64,000 nt of DNA, taken from positions 1-64,000 of the IMG/VR virus record IMGVR_UViG_3300012954_000009; one strand, written 5' to 3'. The translations under genes were made by a program, and so were the position numbers. The first letter of the stretch is position 1; the number at the start of each line of letters is the position of its first letter. Below are positions 35,319-46,900 of the stretch, piece after piece. Source of the stretch: a virus. The notes below the pieces were generated by a model that did no database searches, was not told where the DNA came from, and saw only the letters and a program-made list of their open reading frames with translations.

Positions 35319-38300
35319 TTATTTTATAAAGAAGTTGCTTTCATTGATATAATTATCCCACTTCTGAAGAGTATACAGAATTGGAATAGCATCCTTCCAG
35401 TTTTTATTAATCTTGAGCTCTCCTGCTCTTATCCCTCTTTGATACACATACTTAGAATCACTGTAAAACTCATCTTCACTTTTTGTAAGCATTGCTAAAG
35501 GTGTTCTTACAGTTAATGACATAGCTTCACCAAACTCTCCAAGAGTTCTTGTTGCTGCTATAGGTGACTTCATCATTTGATACATTTGTGTCCATGCATC
35601 TGGTGCTATTGGTACAAACAGTATAAGTTCTTTATAAGTTCTATCAGTTTGATATCTTAAATAGTTCTCTAATCTCTTTTCAAAATCTGAATCATCTTCA
35701 TCATCTGCAAACAGTGCAGATAATATTTGTGATATTGCTATAGTTGAAAGTATAATTCCTATCTCACCTAAAGTTCTATATGTATTTAATAATTTATTCT
35801 CTGCTCTTTGATCATTTTGAGAACCATCACCTTTAAAACCATATGCTTCTTTAAAACCTTTACCATATTCAGTAAATGCTAACTCACCTTTTCTAATCTC
35901 ACCAAGAGAATATTTAAGAAAACTCATAAAAGATTTATATCTACCTTCCATCCATCCTAAGTTCTCATCATAGTACTCTCTACGGAATCTAGCCTTTATA
36001 GCTGGTGCAACCCATTTATGGAACTGTGCAGCTAATCTACCAACAGCATGTGATTGCATTACCATTCTATCTTCTCTAGCATAGTTACCGTGTATCTGTT
36101 TATTTACTTCACGTATTTTGTTTCTAAGATCAAATCTAAAGTCATCATTATAATCTACTTCATTACCGTTCTTAAGAACAATTTTTGTAAAGCCTTTCTT
36201 TAAAACATTTGTTTGTGTTTCACCATCAAAATCAAATGCATCAAATAGAGATAGCTCTTCACCGGTTGTTGGATTCTTAATTATTGTATCCATTAACATA
36301 GCCATACCTACTTTAGTTTGTACGTTATATTCTGCAGCATCCTGGAGTATATAACCAAACTCTGTGGCTTTCTGGTACCAGGATGAATATGCTTTCTCTC
36401 CTTGTCTGCCTGATTCACGTATATCTGTTTTGTCATCCATCATTCTGAATAAGTCAACAAACGCTTCATATTTACTTAGTGGTCTCTGTGGATCATAAGC
36501 AGATCCTTTTGAAAAACTAAATGCATTTCCTGTAGCAATATCTGCTAGATTGTTTAGTGTATTGCTTTGTGCTGTTCTTTGTATTAGATCTGAAAGACCT
36601 CGTCTGTTAAACTCATATACTGCTCTATGGTATGCTTTCTTACTAAAGAACCTACCACCTAACATTTCTATATTATTGTTTAACTTACCTAGAACATAGT
36701 TATTAAAGTTACCAAACGGGTTAAATGCTACATATGATAAAGATGAATAACTAATAAGACCATCAGAAAGTTTTTCTAAAAATCCTCTTGTCATTTGTTC
36801 ATTGTCATAGTATACCATACTCATCCACTTCTTAGCTCTCCTAACTATATTAGACTCAATATCTTTTTTCTGGCCTGTCTTAACCCTCTTTCCATTTATA
36901 TACTTATATAGCTTTGTATCACCTGAAGGTTGATATTCTCTTTTTTCTAATACTTTAATCATAGCCTTCAAAGTATTTTCTACCTGACCCATAGTCTCAT
37001 AGTGCTCTGCCATGGAATTAAACTTAATTAAGGCTGTTCCTAGATCTAGATTAAGTTCACCAAGTGTAGGTGCATTTTGTAATGAAGCCCTCCTACCTTT
37101 TAAAATCTTCATTTCTTCAGTATACCTTGTAAGATTTATCTGACCTTTCTTTTTCTTTTCATTTAAAGCATCTATCTGCGCTTGTACATCAGCTATATCT
37201 TTTTCTGTAATAGGTTTTCCTGTATAGAATATAGGTAACTGATCTACAAGGTTACCACGTTCATCAGTAAGTACAACTTTTTGTTGTGCAGTCTCAGTAA
37301 ATAAATTTTCTACACTCCTTGACATTTTAGACCAAAGTCTTGTAACTAGATTAGGTTTTTCTTTTAAGTTTTGATATAACCTTGCCTTTATCAATGGGAC
37401 TCTTCCAAGCATCTGACCTCTCTGACCCATAGGAAGTTTTGCTAGCAACTCTTTCTCATACAACCTTACAAATGTTTCATAAAAATCTTTTTGTGCTCTA
37501 CCTAATTCATCAGTAGGATTCATTATAGCTTGGTATTTTTCACTAGTCAGAAGCTTACCATCACTACGTCTTGATTCTCTTGCAACTTTAAATTCTGGTT
37601 TTACTACAGATATTGTTTGTCCATATATGACCTGCCCTGTAGGTACACCATCTTTTCTTACAGCCTTTGTATATTCTCTTTTATCAAAGTACTTAGCCTG
37701 GTATTGTGCGTATGCTCTTGCAGATACACTAGATCTTTTCTTCCAATATCCGTGCTGGCCAGTTGGGACATAGTATTCAAACTTTTTTCTTTCCCTTTTA
37801 AATTCTTCTGTGTATTGATGATACTCACCACTTATAGGAGAGTTACCTAAACCTCTTGTTTCCGCTCTCCAAAAGTTAGCATAAGCAGCTTTATCCTCTG
37901 CAAGTTGTTTATTCCAAGCAATATCCTCTGCAGTTGCTGATGTGATATCTGTTACATCTCTATACTCTTTCCACTGTCCATTATCATCCATAAGCTTATC
38001 TCTAAGCATCTGCTCTTCATTACTATAAGCTTGACCTAATTTACTAACATATCTACCTGTAGGTTCACCATTCTCATCAAACTCCAACATAAAGTGATAT
38101 AACTTCTGAGGATCGGTCTCAGGAGATAGTCTCTGTAACTTAGACGCTTTAGATCTGATTAAAGTATCTCTTTCTTCCAGCCTATCAAGAAGTTCTTGCT
38201 TTTTTGCTTTATAGATTTTATCCATAACAGCAAGTATAGTATCACCAGATGTTGCCAAATCACCGGTCAAGTATTCAGTCATACTAATATCTTGCCCCAT

Positions 38301-40964
38301 AGTCATTAGGTCATCAAGATCTTCTTTTGTAAAATCTCTGCTTGATCTACTTTTTATAACTTCTCTTGTATAGTTTGTTATAGCTTCATCTACTAAACCT
38401 TCAGTAGCTTGATCACCAACCAACGTATTAAGTAATGTTTGAAATTCTAATACAAGAGATCTTTGAGTAGCATTTAAATCTTTTGATTGTTGTATAGTAA
38501 AAAGTCCACGGTATGTTTCTATAAATCTATTAAAGTTAAGAACATAACCAATATACTCTGGTTTACCAAAGTTTGCAGGATCTTGTATATACTCAGAAAA
38601 CTTTCTTGTTTGTTTTAAACCATCTCGTAGTAGTCTAGTATATAATGTACTTCTAGCTTTAGGGCCTTCTTCTTTAGCAACAGCAATAGCTGCAAGTGTG
38701 TGTTGTATATTTTCTTTAGTTGCTTTAGCAGTCCTATCCATGAAAATGCTACTTTCTATTTTATCAATAGCATCCTCTTTTTTAATTAGTGCAATCTCAT
38801 ATGAATCTAATGCACCGCTTATTGTTGCATACTCTGTAAGACCGTTAGCATCTAATGTATCTTCTGACATCTGATCAACTGGATCTAGTATATCATCAGG
38901 TGTTATTCTTGCATCATCTGATAACTCATCTGCTGCATCTATTTGATCCTTGGCAACTGGGTCTACAAATGATGGTATTAACGTGTTTACCATGTTAATG
39001 TTTTGGCTGACAGGATGAGGCATCCAAGTGTCAAACTCAAAATCACCATTAAACTTTTGCTTCTTTCCTTTACCGGTTATATCAACCTTTATATGAAATG
39101 TAGAAGTAGAGAACTCACTCTGGTCAACTTCATAACCCATATTCTCTAGCATTCTTCTGTATAGATTTACTTGGAGATTATGTTGTTGTCTTGTAGATAG
39201 TCTGTCTACACCTTTTTGTTTTAAGAAACTATCATTCTTGAGATCCCAACCTTCATCATACTCTTCATTATTTCTAACAAAGTTTTTACTAGTCTTTAAA
39301 TCTATAACTCTTAAAGCACCACTGCGTGTTACAATAACTAAATCAGCTGTACCAGCAATCCCGGTCTCTTTATCATAAAGAACAACTTGAGGTATTGCTA
39401 TTGCACCATCTGTTGTAAGCATTCTTACATTAGCCTCCATAGTTTTGTAGGCTGCTTCTGCTTTAACAGGGTCTAAGAATTTAATATTATCTTTTATTTC
39501 GTCAAAAGTTTTGTCAGATACAATAGCATCTAATATCATATCAAACTCATTACCAATATCTAAGTTAAGCTGATTCTCTGCTTGTTGCTTTGGAGTCATC
39601 TTACCTTTGATAACTTGAGTGGCTGACAAATAATCTTTACCGTTAACTATATCTAGGTATGTATGGTCTTTCTCATTTAGAACTACAAGCGTATCTGCAC
39701 CTTCTTTTGCACTGGCAGATAGTGTATCAACCTCTTGATCAGAAGTCTGTGCTAAGTTAAATAACCTCTTTATTACTTCTTCTTGTTTTGAGTTTACAGC
39801 TTGTCCTAAAGCATAATCTATAATGGATTGCTTCTCTGGAGTAAGATTATATCTAACCTTTGTATCAGCTACTCTTTCTAATTTAAACTCTATGTCTGAA
39901 GTATTAAGAAGTCTTGCAATATCAGATAGTTTGGCATTAGTAGTTAAAGATGATGCTTTAAATTGTAATGGACGCCCTGTTAAATACTGACTAAAGTTTT
40001 TAATTATCTCAGAAAACCACTGTAAAAATTGTTTTATAACATCTTTGAATGATCTTGTTGGATTTGTTTCATACTCATTATTAAAATGTCTAGACAGTGC
40101 TTGAGTAACAAGTTCTAGGTTTCTATGTCTTTGATTAAAACCTCTAGCGTCTGTATAGGAGTCTTCTATTTCTTGATTTAATACAGGAAAGTTTTGTTTA
40201 GCTTCTGCTAGTAATTTGTTAAACAATTCTGTATTATCTACAAGTAACCCATCTACAAATGGGTGTAGTATTTCTTCTATTGCTGTTTCATTGCTTACTC
40301 TTCCTTTTATTAAGACAGCATTGCCATTTACATAGAAAGATCTAATCTTATCAAAAGGCACCTTAGCTTTTTGTGATTCAGGTAAAGAATCATAGTACCG
40401 CTTTGCTTGAGCAACTGTGACAACCTCAACATTAATCTGCGGGAATATATTTGCTAAGTGTTGTACTAATTGTACAGAGTGTGTAGATTTATTATTTGTT
40501 GTAGCATCAATTAGATCTTTAGGAGTAAATACATTTTGCTTAACTATTACTTCAAAAGCTTTTTCTGTTCTCCTAAATGTTACAGCTTCTTCAGGTATAT
40601 TATTTATCCTTAAATATCTTTTAGTAAGAGTTAGATTCTTCTGTAATACTGATTCATTGTATGTCCAAGTGTTTTGATCCCATGTTGTTCTCTCTGAGTT
40701 ATTAATATAGAACCTACCTTTGTACATGCTACCATAACCAAGCCTACTAAGATTACCTAATAAAGCATCACCAAACTCTCTTCTTTTCAAAGAAAACAAA
40801 GCTTGTTGATCTTTCTTAAGCTGCATTGCTTGTTGTAGTGTTGGCAACTCTTCTGATCTGTTTAGCTTCTGCCAAGTATTAATAACATTTTCTGTTTTAA
40901 GATCAGTTTTAAATTGTTGCTTTAATGCTTGAAACTCACTTGTATTTCTATTTATACACGCCAT
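35319..40964 (-). CDS. Giant virion/ejection protein, 1881 aa, with a PD-(D/E)XK nuclease domain
   Basis: HTY..SATQVI..GIAGTADL..IDLKTS..LQVNLY; degenerate zincin EEILH; neighbours the virion RNAP as in crAss-like phages. Confidence 0.85.
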   Translation of the reverse strand: MACINRNTSEFQALKQQFKTDLKTENVINTWQKLNRSEELPTLQQAMQLKKDQQALFSLKRREFGDALLGNLSRLGYGSMYKGRFYINNSERTTWDQNTWTYNESVLQKNLTLTKRYLRINNIPEEAVTFRRTEKAFEVIVKQNVFTPKDLIDATTNNKSTHSVQLVQHLANIFPQINVEVVTVAQAKRYYDSLPESQKAKVPFDKIRSFYVNGNAVLIKGRVSNETAIEEILHPFVDGLLVDNTELFNKLLAEAKQNFPVLNQEIEDSYTDARGFNQRHRNLELVTQALSRHFNNEYETNPTRSFKDVIKQFLQWFSEIIKNFSQYLTGRPLQFKASSLTTNAKLSDIARLLNTSDIEFKLERVADTKVRYNLTPEKQSIIDYALGQAVNSKQEEVIKRLFNLAQTSDQEVDTLSASAKEGADTLVVLNEKDHTYLDIVNGKDYLSATQVIKGKMTPKQQAENQLNLDIGNEFDMILDAIVSDKTFDEIKDNIKFLDPVKAEAAYKTMEANVRMLTTDGAIAIPQVVLYDKETGIAGTADLVIVTRSGALRVIDLKTSKNFVRNNEEYDEGWDLKNDSFLKQKGVDRLSTRQQHNLQVNLYRRMLENMGYEVDQSEFSTSTFHIKVDITGKGKKQKFNGDFEFDTWMPHPVSQNINMVNTLIPSFVDPVAKDQIDAADELSDDARITPDDILDPVDQMSEDTLDANGLTEYATISGALDSYEIALIKKEDAIDKIESSIFMDRTAKATKENIQHTLAAIAVAKEEGPKARSTLYTRLLRDGLKQTRKFSEYIQDPANFGKPEYIGYVLNFNRFIETYRGLFTIQQSKDLNATQRSLVLEFQTLLNTLVGDQATEGLVDEAITNYTREVIKSRSSRDFTKEDLDDLMTMGQDISMTEYLTGDLATSGDTILAVMDKIYKAKKQELLDRLEERDTLIRSKASKLQRLSPETDPQKLYHFMLEFDENGEPTGRYVSKLGQAYSNEEQMLRDKLMDDNGQWKEYRDVTDITSATAEDIAWNKQLAEDKAAYANFWRAETRGLGNSPISGEYHQYTEEFKRERKKFEYYVPTGQHGYWKKRSSVSARAYAQYQAKYFDKREYTKAVRKDGVPTGQVIYGQTISVVKPEFKVARESRRSDGKLLTSEKYQAIMNPTDELGRAQKDFYETFVRLYEKELLAKLPMGQRGQMLGRVPLIKARLYQNLKEKPNLVTRLWSKMSRSVENLFTETAQQKVVLTDERGNLVDQLPIFYTGKPITEKDIADVQAQIDALNEKKKKGQINLTRYTEEMKILKGRRASLQNAPTLGELNLDLGTALIKFNSMAEHYETMGQVENTLKAMIKVLEKREYQPSGDTKLYKYINGKRVKTGQKKDIESNIVRRAKKWMSMVYYDNEQMTRGFLEKLSDGLISYSSLSYVAFNPFGNFNNYVLGKLNNNIEMLGGRFFSKKAYHRAVYEFNRRGLSDLIQRTAQSNTLNNLADIATGNAFSFSKGSAYDPQRPLSKYEAFVDLFRMMDDKTDIRESGRQGEKAYSSWYQKATEFGYILQDAAEYNVQTKVGMAMLMDTIIKNPTTGEELSLFDAFDFDGETQTNVLKKGFTKIVLKNGNEVDYNDDFRFDLRNKIREVNKQIHGNYAREDRMVMQSHAVGRLAAQFHKWVAPAIKARFRREYYDENLGWMEGRYKSFMSFLKYSLGEIRKGELAFTEYGKGFKEAYGFKGDGSQNDQRAENKLLNTYRTLGEIGIILSTIAISQILSALFADDEDDSDFEKRLENYLRYQTDRTYKELILFVPIAPDAWTQMYQMMKSPIAATRTLGEFGEAMSLTVRTPLAMLTKSEDEFYSDSKYVYQRGIRAGELKINKNWKDAIPILYTLQKWDNYINESNFFIK

Positions 40965-40966
40965 AC

Positions 40967-43900
40967 TTATATATTATAACATTCTTTTAATTTGTCTAAG
41001 AACTCTTGCTCACTTGCATATGTACCTGTCTCATACTCATTTATAAAGTCCTCTAAGCTATTTATACCATTCTCTGCTAAGGTAGCTTTTTTCTTGCTAT
41101 CTTGTTGTATATTATCATCCCAATATTCAGTAAGCTCAGGATTTGTAGTTTCATTTGTACTACTTGAAGTGTTACCTAATAAAGCAGCTATTGCTTGATT
41201 ATCATTTTGTATATCATCTTCTGTAACTTCTCTTTCTACAAGCTCAGCTTGTGGTACTTCACCAACTGTAGTATTCTTACCATCATACTCTACTGGTGCA
41301 CCTTGTGCAATTTTTTGTGCACTATCTGTTGGTCCATCACCAATATTAATCTTATCAATCTCATCTAGCACATCTCCATAATTATCTGCAGTATCCTGAC
41401 CAGTTGTATTACGTACATACTTTCTAACTTCTATCATAGTTGGTCTTTCACCAAACATAAACCCTATTGGATTTTGTGAATCTGATCCCATTGGCTCTAC
41501 CTCAACATATTCAGCATAGTTTCCACTAACTAAGTTAGCTGCTGTTATAGGTTGTGGATTTACACTTTGTACTTTTGATAACTCAAAGTATCTATATCTT
41601 GGTTGATCCTGAGTTCCAACATTTACTTTAATTACATAAGGTAATAATGCTTCCATATAACTTCTATCCCCAGACTTCTCAAGAGTAGTTGATATATTCT
41701 TTCTGGCTAGTGTATTCTCAGCATTACCACTCTTAGAATTACTAGGTTTTCTTACTGACAAGAAATCGTCTGACTGAGTTATCCTTTGCCCTGGATATAC
41801 ATTAACTATTAACTTTGATGTCTCTGTTGTTTCATCTATGTATGCTACTTGTTTATTTGCATTTTGAGAACTCTTACTAACAGCCTTCTTGCCATCTGCA
41901 ATATTATAACCAAACCTATTATTTAAACTATCCTTAATATACTTAAATACCTCTGGACTATTCTTCTGTAAAGCTTTTAGTTCTGACCTTGGTATTAAAT
42001 ACTTAGGGAACTTAACATTTTCATACTGACCTATTAAACTATCTAATGCATCCAGTTGAGCTTCAAAGTTTGCAACAAAAGTATCTAGCTCTTCATTTGT
42101 ATAGTAGTTAGACTCAATATCAGCTAGTCCTTTCTTATATATAACTCCAAAACTATTACCATTGTCTCTAACAGAACGGTTGCCATCTTTTCCTAAAGCA
42201 GAAGCATTATCACCAAACACATACAATGTATTCTCATTAATACTTACAGTATGTGGTTTATAAGGTGAACTTTGGATTTCTATCTTTGTTGGATTAGGAT
42301 TATATGTTGCAATATTATATGTGTTTCTTAAGTCTCTTCTATTACTAGCACTAGTTAAGTAACCCTTTAAGAAGTCTTCTACAAGATCATTATAGTTCAT
42401 TCCAAATGTAGACTCAAAGAATCTATTACTACCATCTCTTAGTGCTGATTCTACATTATTTACTTGCTCTAAATAAGTGTCATAAGTAAATGGTGTGACT
42501 GCATCAAGTAATGATTGATAGCCGTATCTAAAACCATCCTTAACCATCATGTAGTGTATAATTTTTACAGCATCATTTCTGGTCTCTAGATTACCATACA
42601 ATCTTGCAAATGATGATTGCAAGTTTACTTTTTGACTATCACTAATTCTATTAAAAGTATTTGCTGCTGCTTTATCAATACCATCTTTATTTCCTTCTTG
42701 ATTTGCATTCTCTAATATTACAAAACTGTCTAAGAAGAAATTATTATTATCTATACTTCTAAGTCTTTCTACTACATCTGTAATTTTCTCACCCTCTAAT
42801 TGTGGATATATTAAACTATTGCTCAATGATCCGGCTTTTACAGGATCATTATCCACTAATTTTTTATCATAAGCTTTAATGGTAAGGTATGCTAATATAT
42901 CTATCCTAATGTTTTCCTTAACTTCATCAGTAAGCATTCTGCTGTTCATATTAGTCATAACCTTATTATAAAGATCTTTGAACAGCGGTGTTTGAGTTAA
43001 GAATACTTTTGGTAATATCTTAGATTCAATCTCATTAAATATTTTTATGTATTGACCTTGCCATGTATTCTTAAACATAGGTCGTACATCAATCAATGGT
43101 TGCTTGGCAGCAATTCTTTTTTCTCTATAGACTTTGTATGCTTTATCAGATAAACCAATACCTAAGTCTTTTAGATCTTGCTTTCTAGAAGCTATATCTG
43201 TAACTGTTGCACCAAGACCATTAGTAAGATTCATAACAGAACTTAGTTTTCCAAGATAAGTCTTAATACTATGTGCTGTTTGAAATTGTTTCAGTGTTGA
43301 GTATTCTTTTATTGCTTGATCTCTTGTAAACTCATCATCTTTTACTTTCTTTGCTAACCCAGCTTTTGACATACTAATCTTATAGTTAGCATCAATCTCA
43401 TCTATAAGTAATGCATCTGTTACCTCTACCTCTGAAAGATCACCAAACTCTTCTTCAAGATTTGCAAGCCTTTCTCTCACAAGTGTTGCAATACCAGCAT
43501 CAAATTGATCATCTTTATTTGTGGCTTGATAGTAAAGTTGTCTTAGTGATGGGTGGTTTATTAATAATATAGATGTCTTGATAGGTACACCTAATGCTGT
43601 CATTGAAGCAACAGTTGCTAATGCATCTCTATTTAAACCTAACTTACCTGACAATCTTAACTTTCCGTTATCAGTCATTGCTGTAATAAGAGCAGATAAA
43701 ACATATTGGTTTCTATAATTACCATTGCTATCTTGTGTTTCTGAAAAACTATTATATTCTTTACCTCCTAATTCAAGTTGTGTAGTTGTACGTTGTTTAC
43801 CCGCTGTAATTTGCTCTATAGTAATACCATACTCCTGTAGCAAGTTCAAGTATAAGTTAGGTAATACTACAGCACCAATAGATTTAGCTCCTGCTTTATT

Positions 43901-46900
43901 TGCTTCAAAGCTTAATAGTTGACCTAATGGGCTATCAACATCTATATCCTCATTATCTAGCATTTGCTTGAAGTAAGGAACTTCTGCTGCTAACTCCTGT
44001 AACAAGTCTTCAAGAGGCTGTGTAACTGCAGGTTGATAAGTAATAGGAACATCCTCACCAGGTGTATTAGTAACATGCTCATTACCCATTAAGGTAGACT
44101 TATAATCAACAATCTCATTGCTTATTGCTTCTATATATGGTTCATGCCCTGTCTTTTCTTTATACTCTGTGTATTGTTCAAATGTTATAGGTAATCCTAA
44201 AGCACTTAATGCTTTCATTGCATCCTCATTAAAACCTGCATCTGATCCTTGATCAAAGTCCACAGTAACTTCAGCACCGCTATTTCTAAATTTAAGTAAT
44301 GCTTCATTTATACCAGTGCCTGGTTTTTTAACAGAGTTGTTTATTGCTCTTATATAATCTGAATACTTACCATCTTCTGTCTTAGCTTTTCCATACTCAA
44401 AGAACTCACCATCTTCTTCATAAAAGTCTTTTGATTGTACATATACCTTATCAATATCAAAGTCAGCACCTGATATCTCAATCAACTCTCTAGCAAACAC
44501 TGCACTAGAACCATAGTATGTTGGCATAAAGTCAACCATTCTAATGTTTACTGTAGAGTGATTATCCTGTGATGGTATTCTAACACCAAACATTTTACTT
44601 ACAGCTTCTGGCATAGCTTTATCAGTGTCTTTGATAAGATTACCTACATCTGCATGATGCGCTGGCATAATAGATTCTGTATATCTTTCTTGTTGATATT
44701 GACCTTGATCATTATAAACCTTCATGTTAGATCTTAAACGGTCTATTATAACAACACCTTCTGATCCTGCATTTTCTACAAGTCCTGCAAGACCATCAAG
44801 ATTTTTATCATTACCTTCTTGGTATCCGCCTTCATCAATGTTTGCTACAATCTCTGGCTTTGATCCCATTCTTTCCCAAACATCTTCTCTTATAACCTCA
44901 TGCTTATCTGGCATTCCGTTTTCATCTACTGAAAGAACTCTTCTATATATTCTTACACCATAGTCAGACACTAGAGCTAATGACATACCTGTAGTCTTTT
45001 CTGCAAGTACACCCTTAGAAAAGAATGAAAGGAATAACTCTTCAAACTTCTTAACTGTTTGCGGGTTATTTAAGTTATACTTTTGTTGTCCTGTTTCATC
45101 AAGTGAGAACATTTCAAGTGTATTACTTGTAGCATTAGATGCTTCTAAACTTGATTGTGCATACTTAAGATATATATAGAGATCTGGTTTGATTTCACCT
45201 TCAGCAATACTTTCTTTTAATAATTCATTTGCATATTCAATATCAAAATTAAATAAGGAGTTTCTTCTATTTAGGTACTTGAGAGTTACTCTATCACTAA
45301 CAGCTTTATTATAGTTTTCTCTTATCTTACCAACAGTAGTCTTCTCACCATTTAAAATTACAGGAGTATTATCGTTCTGCTCAGATGTTACAAGAGTTTT
45401 AACCTGTGTAGGATCTGTAACTAAAAGCTTATTAGATGGATTTACTGTCTGTAGACCCATAAAGTTTGCATCAAGAACCATAGATTGGTCTTCTTTAAAC
45501 GCATTTGTATTATCTAATTCTGATAGTGGATTAACATTCTCCTTCAGCATCTTAAGTGCTGATACAGGTGCAGCTAAGGCAATAGTTTCTTTACCTTTCT
45601 CAAACTCCTCCAACTTAACTCTTAAGTTATGTAGTCTTACTTTATTTGCTTTTGGTTCTGTAAATCCAGATTCTTTTGTTGATGTATATTCAGGAGTTAA
45701 AACAAAAGCTGACATCTTAACAAAAGTTTTACCATCAGCATAGACAAACTTCTTAGAGTTTATCATTTCACTTGCTTTAGCATAGCTTTCATTTGTCTGA
45801 TCAGCATTTCCAACTAACTCTTCATATGCTATATCTTCTCCTTTTTCAATTCTATTTAATAAGTCTGCTTGCTTAGCACTTAGCTTACCAAGACCAAACC
45901 ACATATATCTAAACGCCTTGGTTGTCATCCAAAGTTGTGCATCAGCATTATCAGTCTTACCATCATTAAATGTATTATCTACACTTGGTTCTGTAAAAGC
46001 AAATAGATTCATCTTTTGCAGAGGATGATTGATACCATACTCTTCTGCTTTTATTATTGATGCAACACTATCGTATGCTGCATTCTGTGCCTTAGCTCTT
46101 TTGACCTCATCAGTAGGATCTTTAAGAGTCATAGCAACATCACCTAGTAATACTTTATTTAACTCAGAAGCATTAATCCAGTTGTTAAAGAAAATCTGCC
46201 TTAAGTTGTAGTTAATATCATCTGTTAAATTTAACAACCTATTAGACAGTCTAACTTCTGGAGTTACTGATCCATTTGCATTTTGCAATCCGTTTCTAAT
46301 ATATGTACTAAGATCTGATTCATTAGCAACAGAGTCTAGCTTTCTTCTAAAGTTGAGATACTCTTGCTCTAATCTATCTCTTAAGAAGTTGTCAAATGCA
46401 GCTTGATCACCTATAGCATCTTCAAATGATATGTCTTCTCCATTTCTGTAAGCTTCATTAATCTTAGACTCTAGGTAAGTTTCATAGTTATTAATAACTT
46501 CTGATGCACCATCTGTATCTTCTGTAGCATTGTCTTCTGTTCTAACCACTTCATATAGGAACATTTCTTTTGTACCCTTTAAGAACTGTCTCATGTCACC
46601 AGACTCAACCCAGTATTGTGCCTCACCTATACGTACAGGATTTGTGTGCGTATCTGTCTTTTCATTGCTAACAGCTGCACCAAGTAGATTAATTATTCTA
46701 TCTCTGTTTTCTGAGTTAACTCTCGTCTTACCTAAACTCTTTATAGGGCCTTCAAAACTATTTGTTGCTTTATCAAACTGCTGGATTAATACATTACGTA
46801 CTTCGTTGTCAGCAGTAAACTTAATAACATTTTTTGCATTCTTTTCATTATATACAAATGCATTCTGATCACCCTCTTTAATTCTATTTACCTGTACTTC

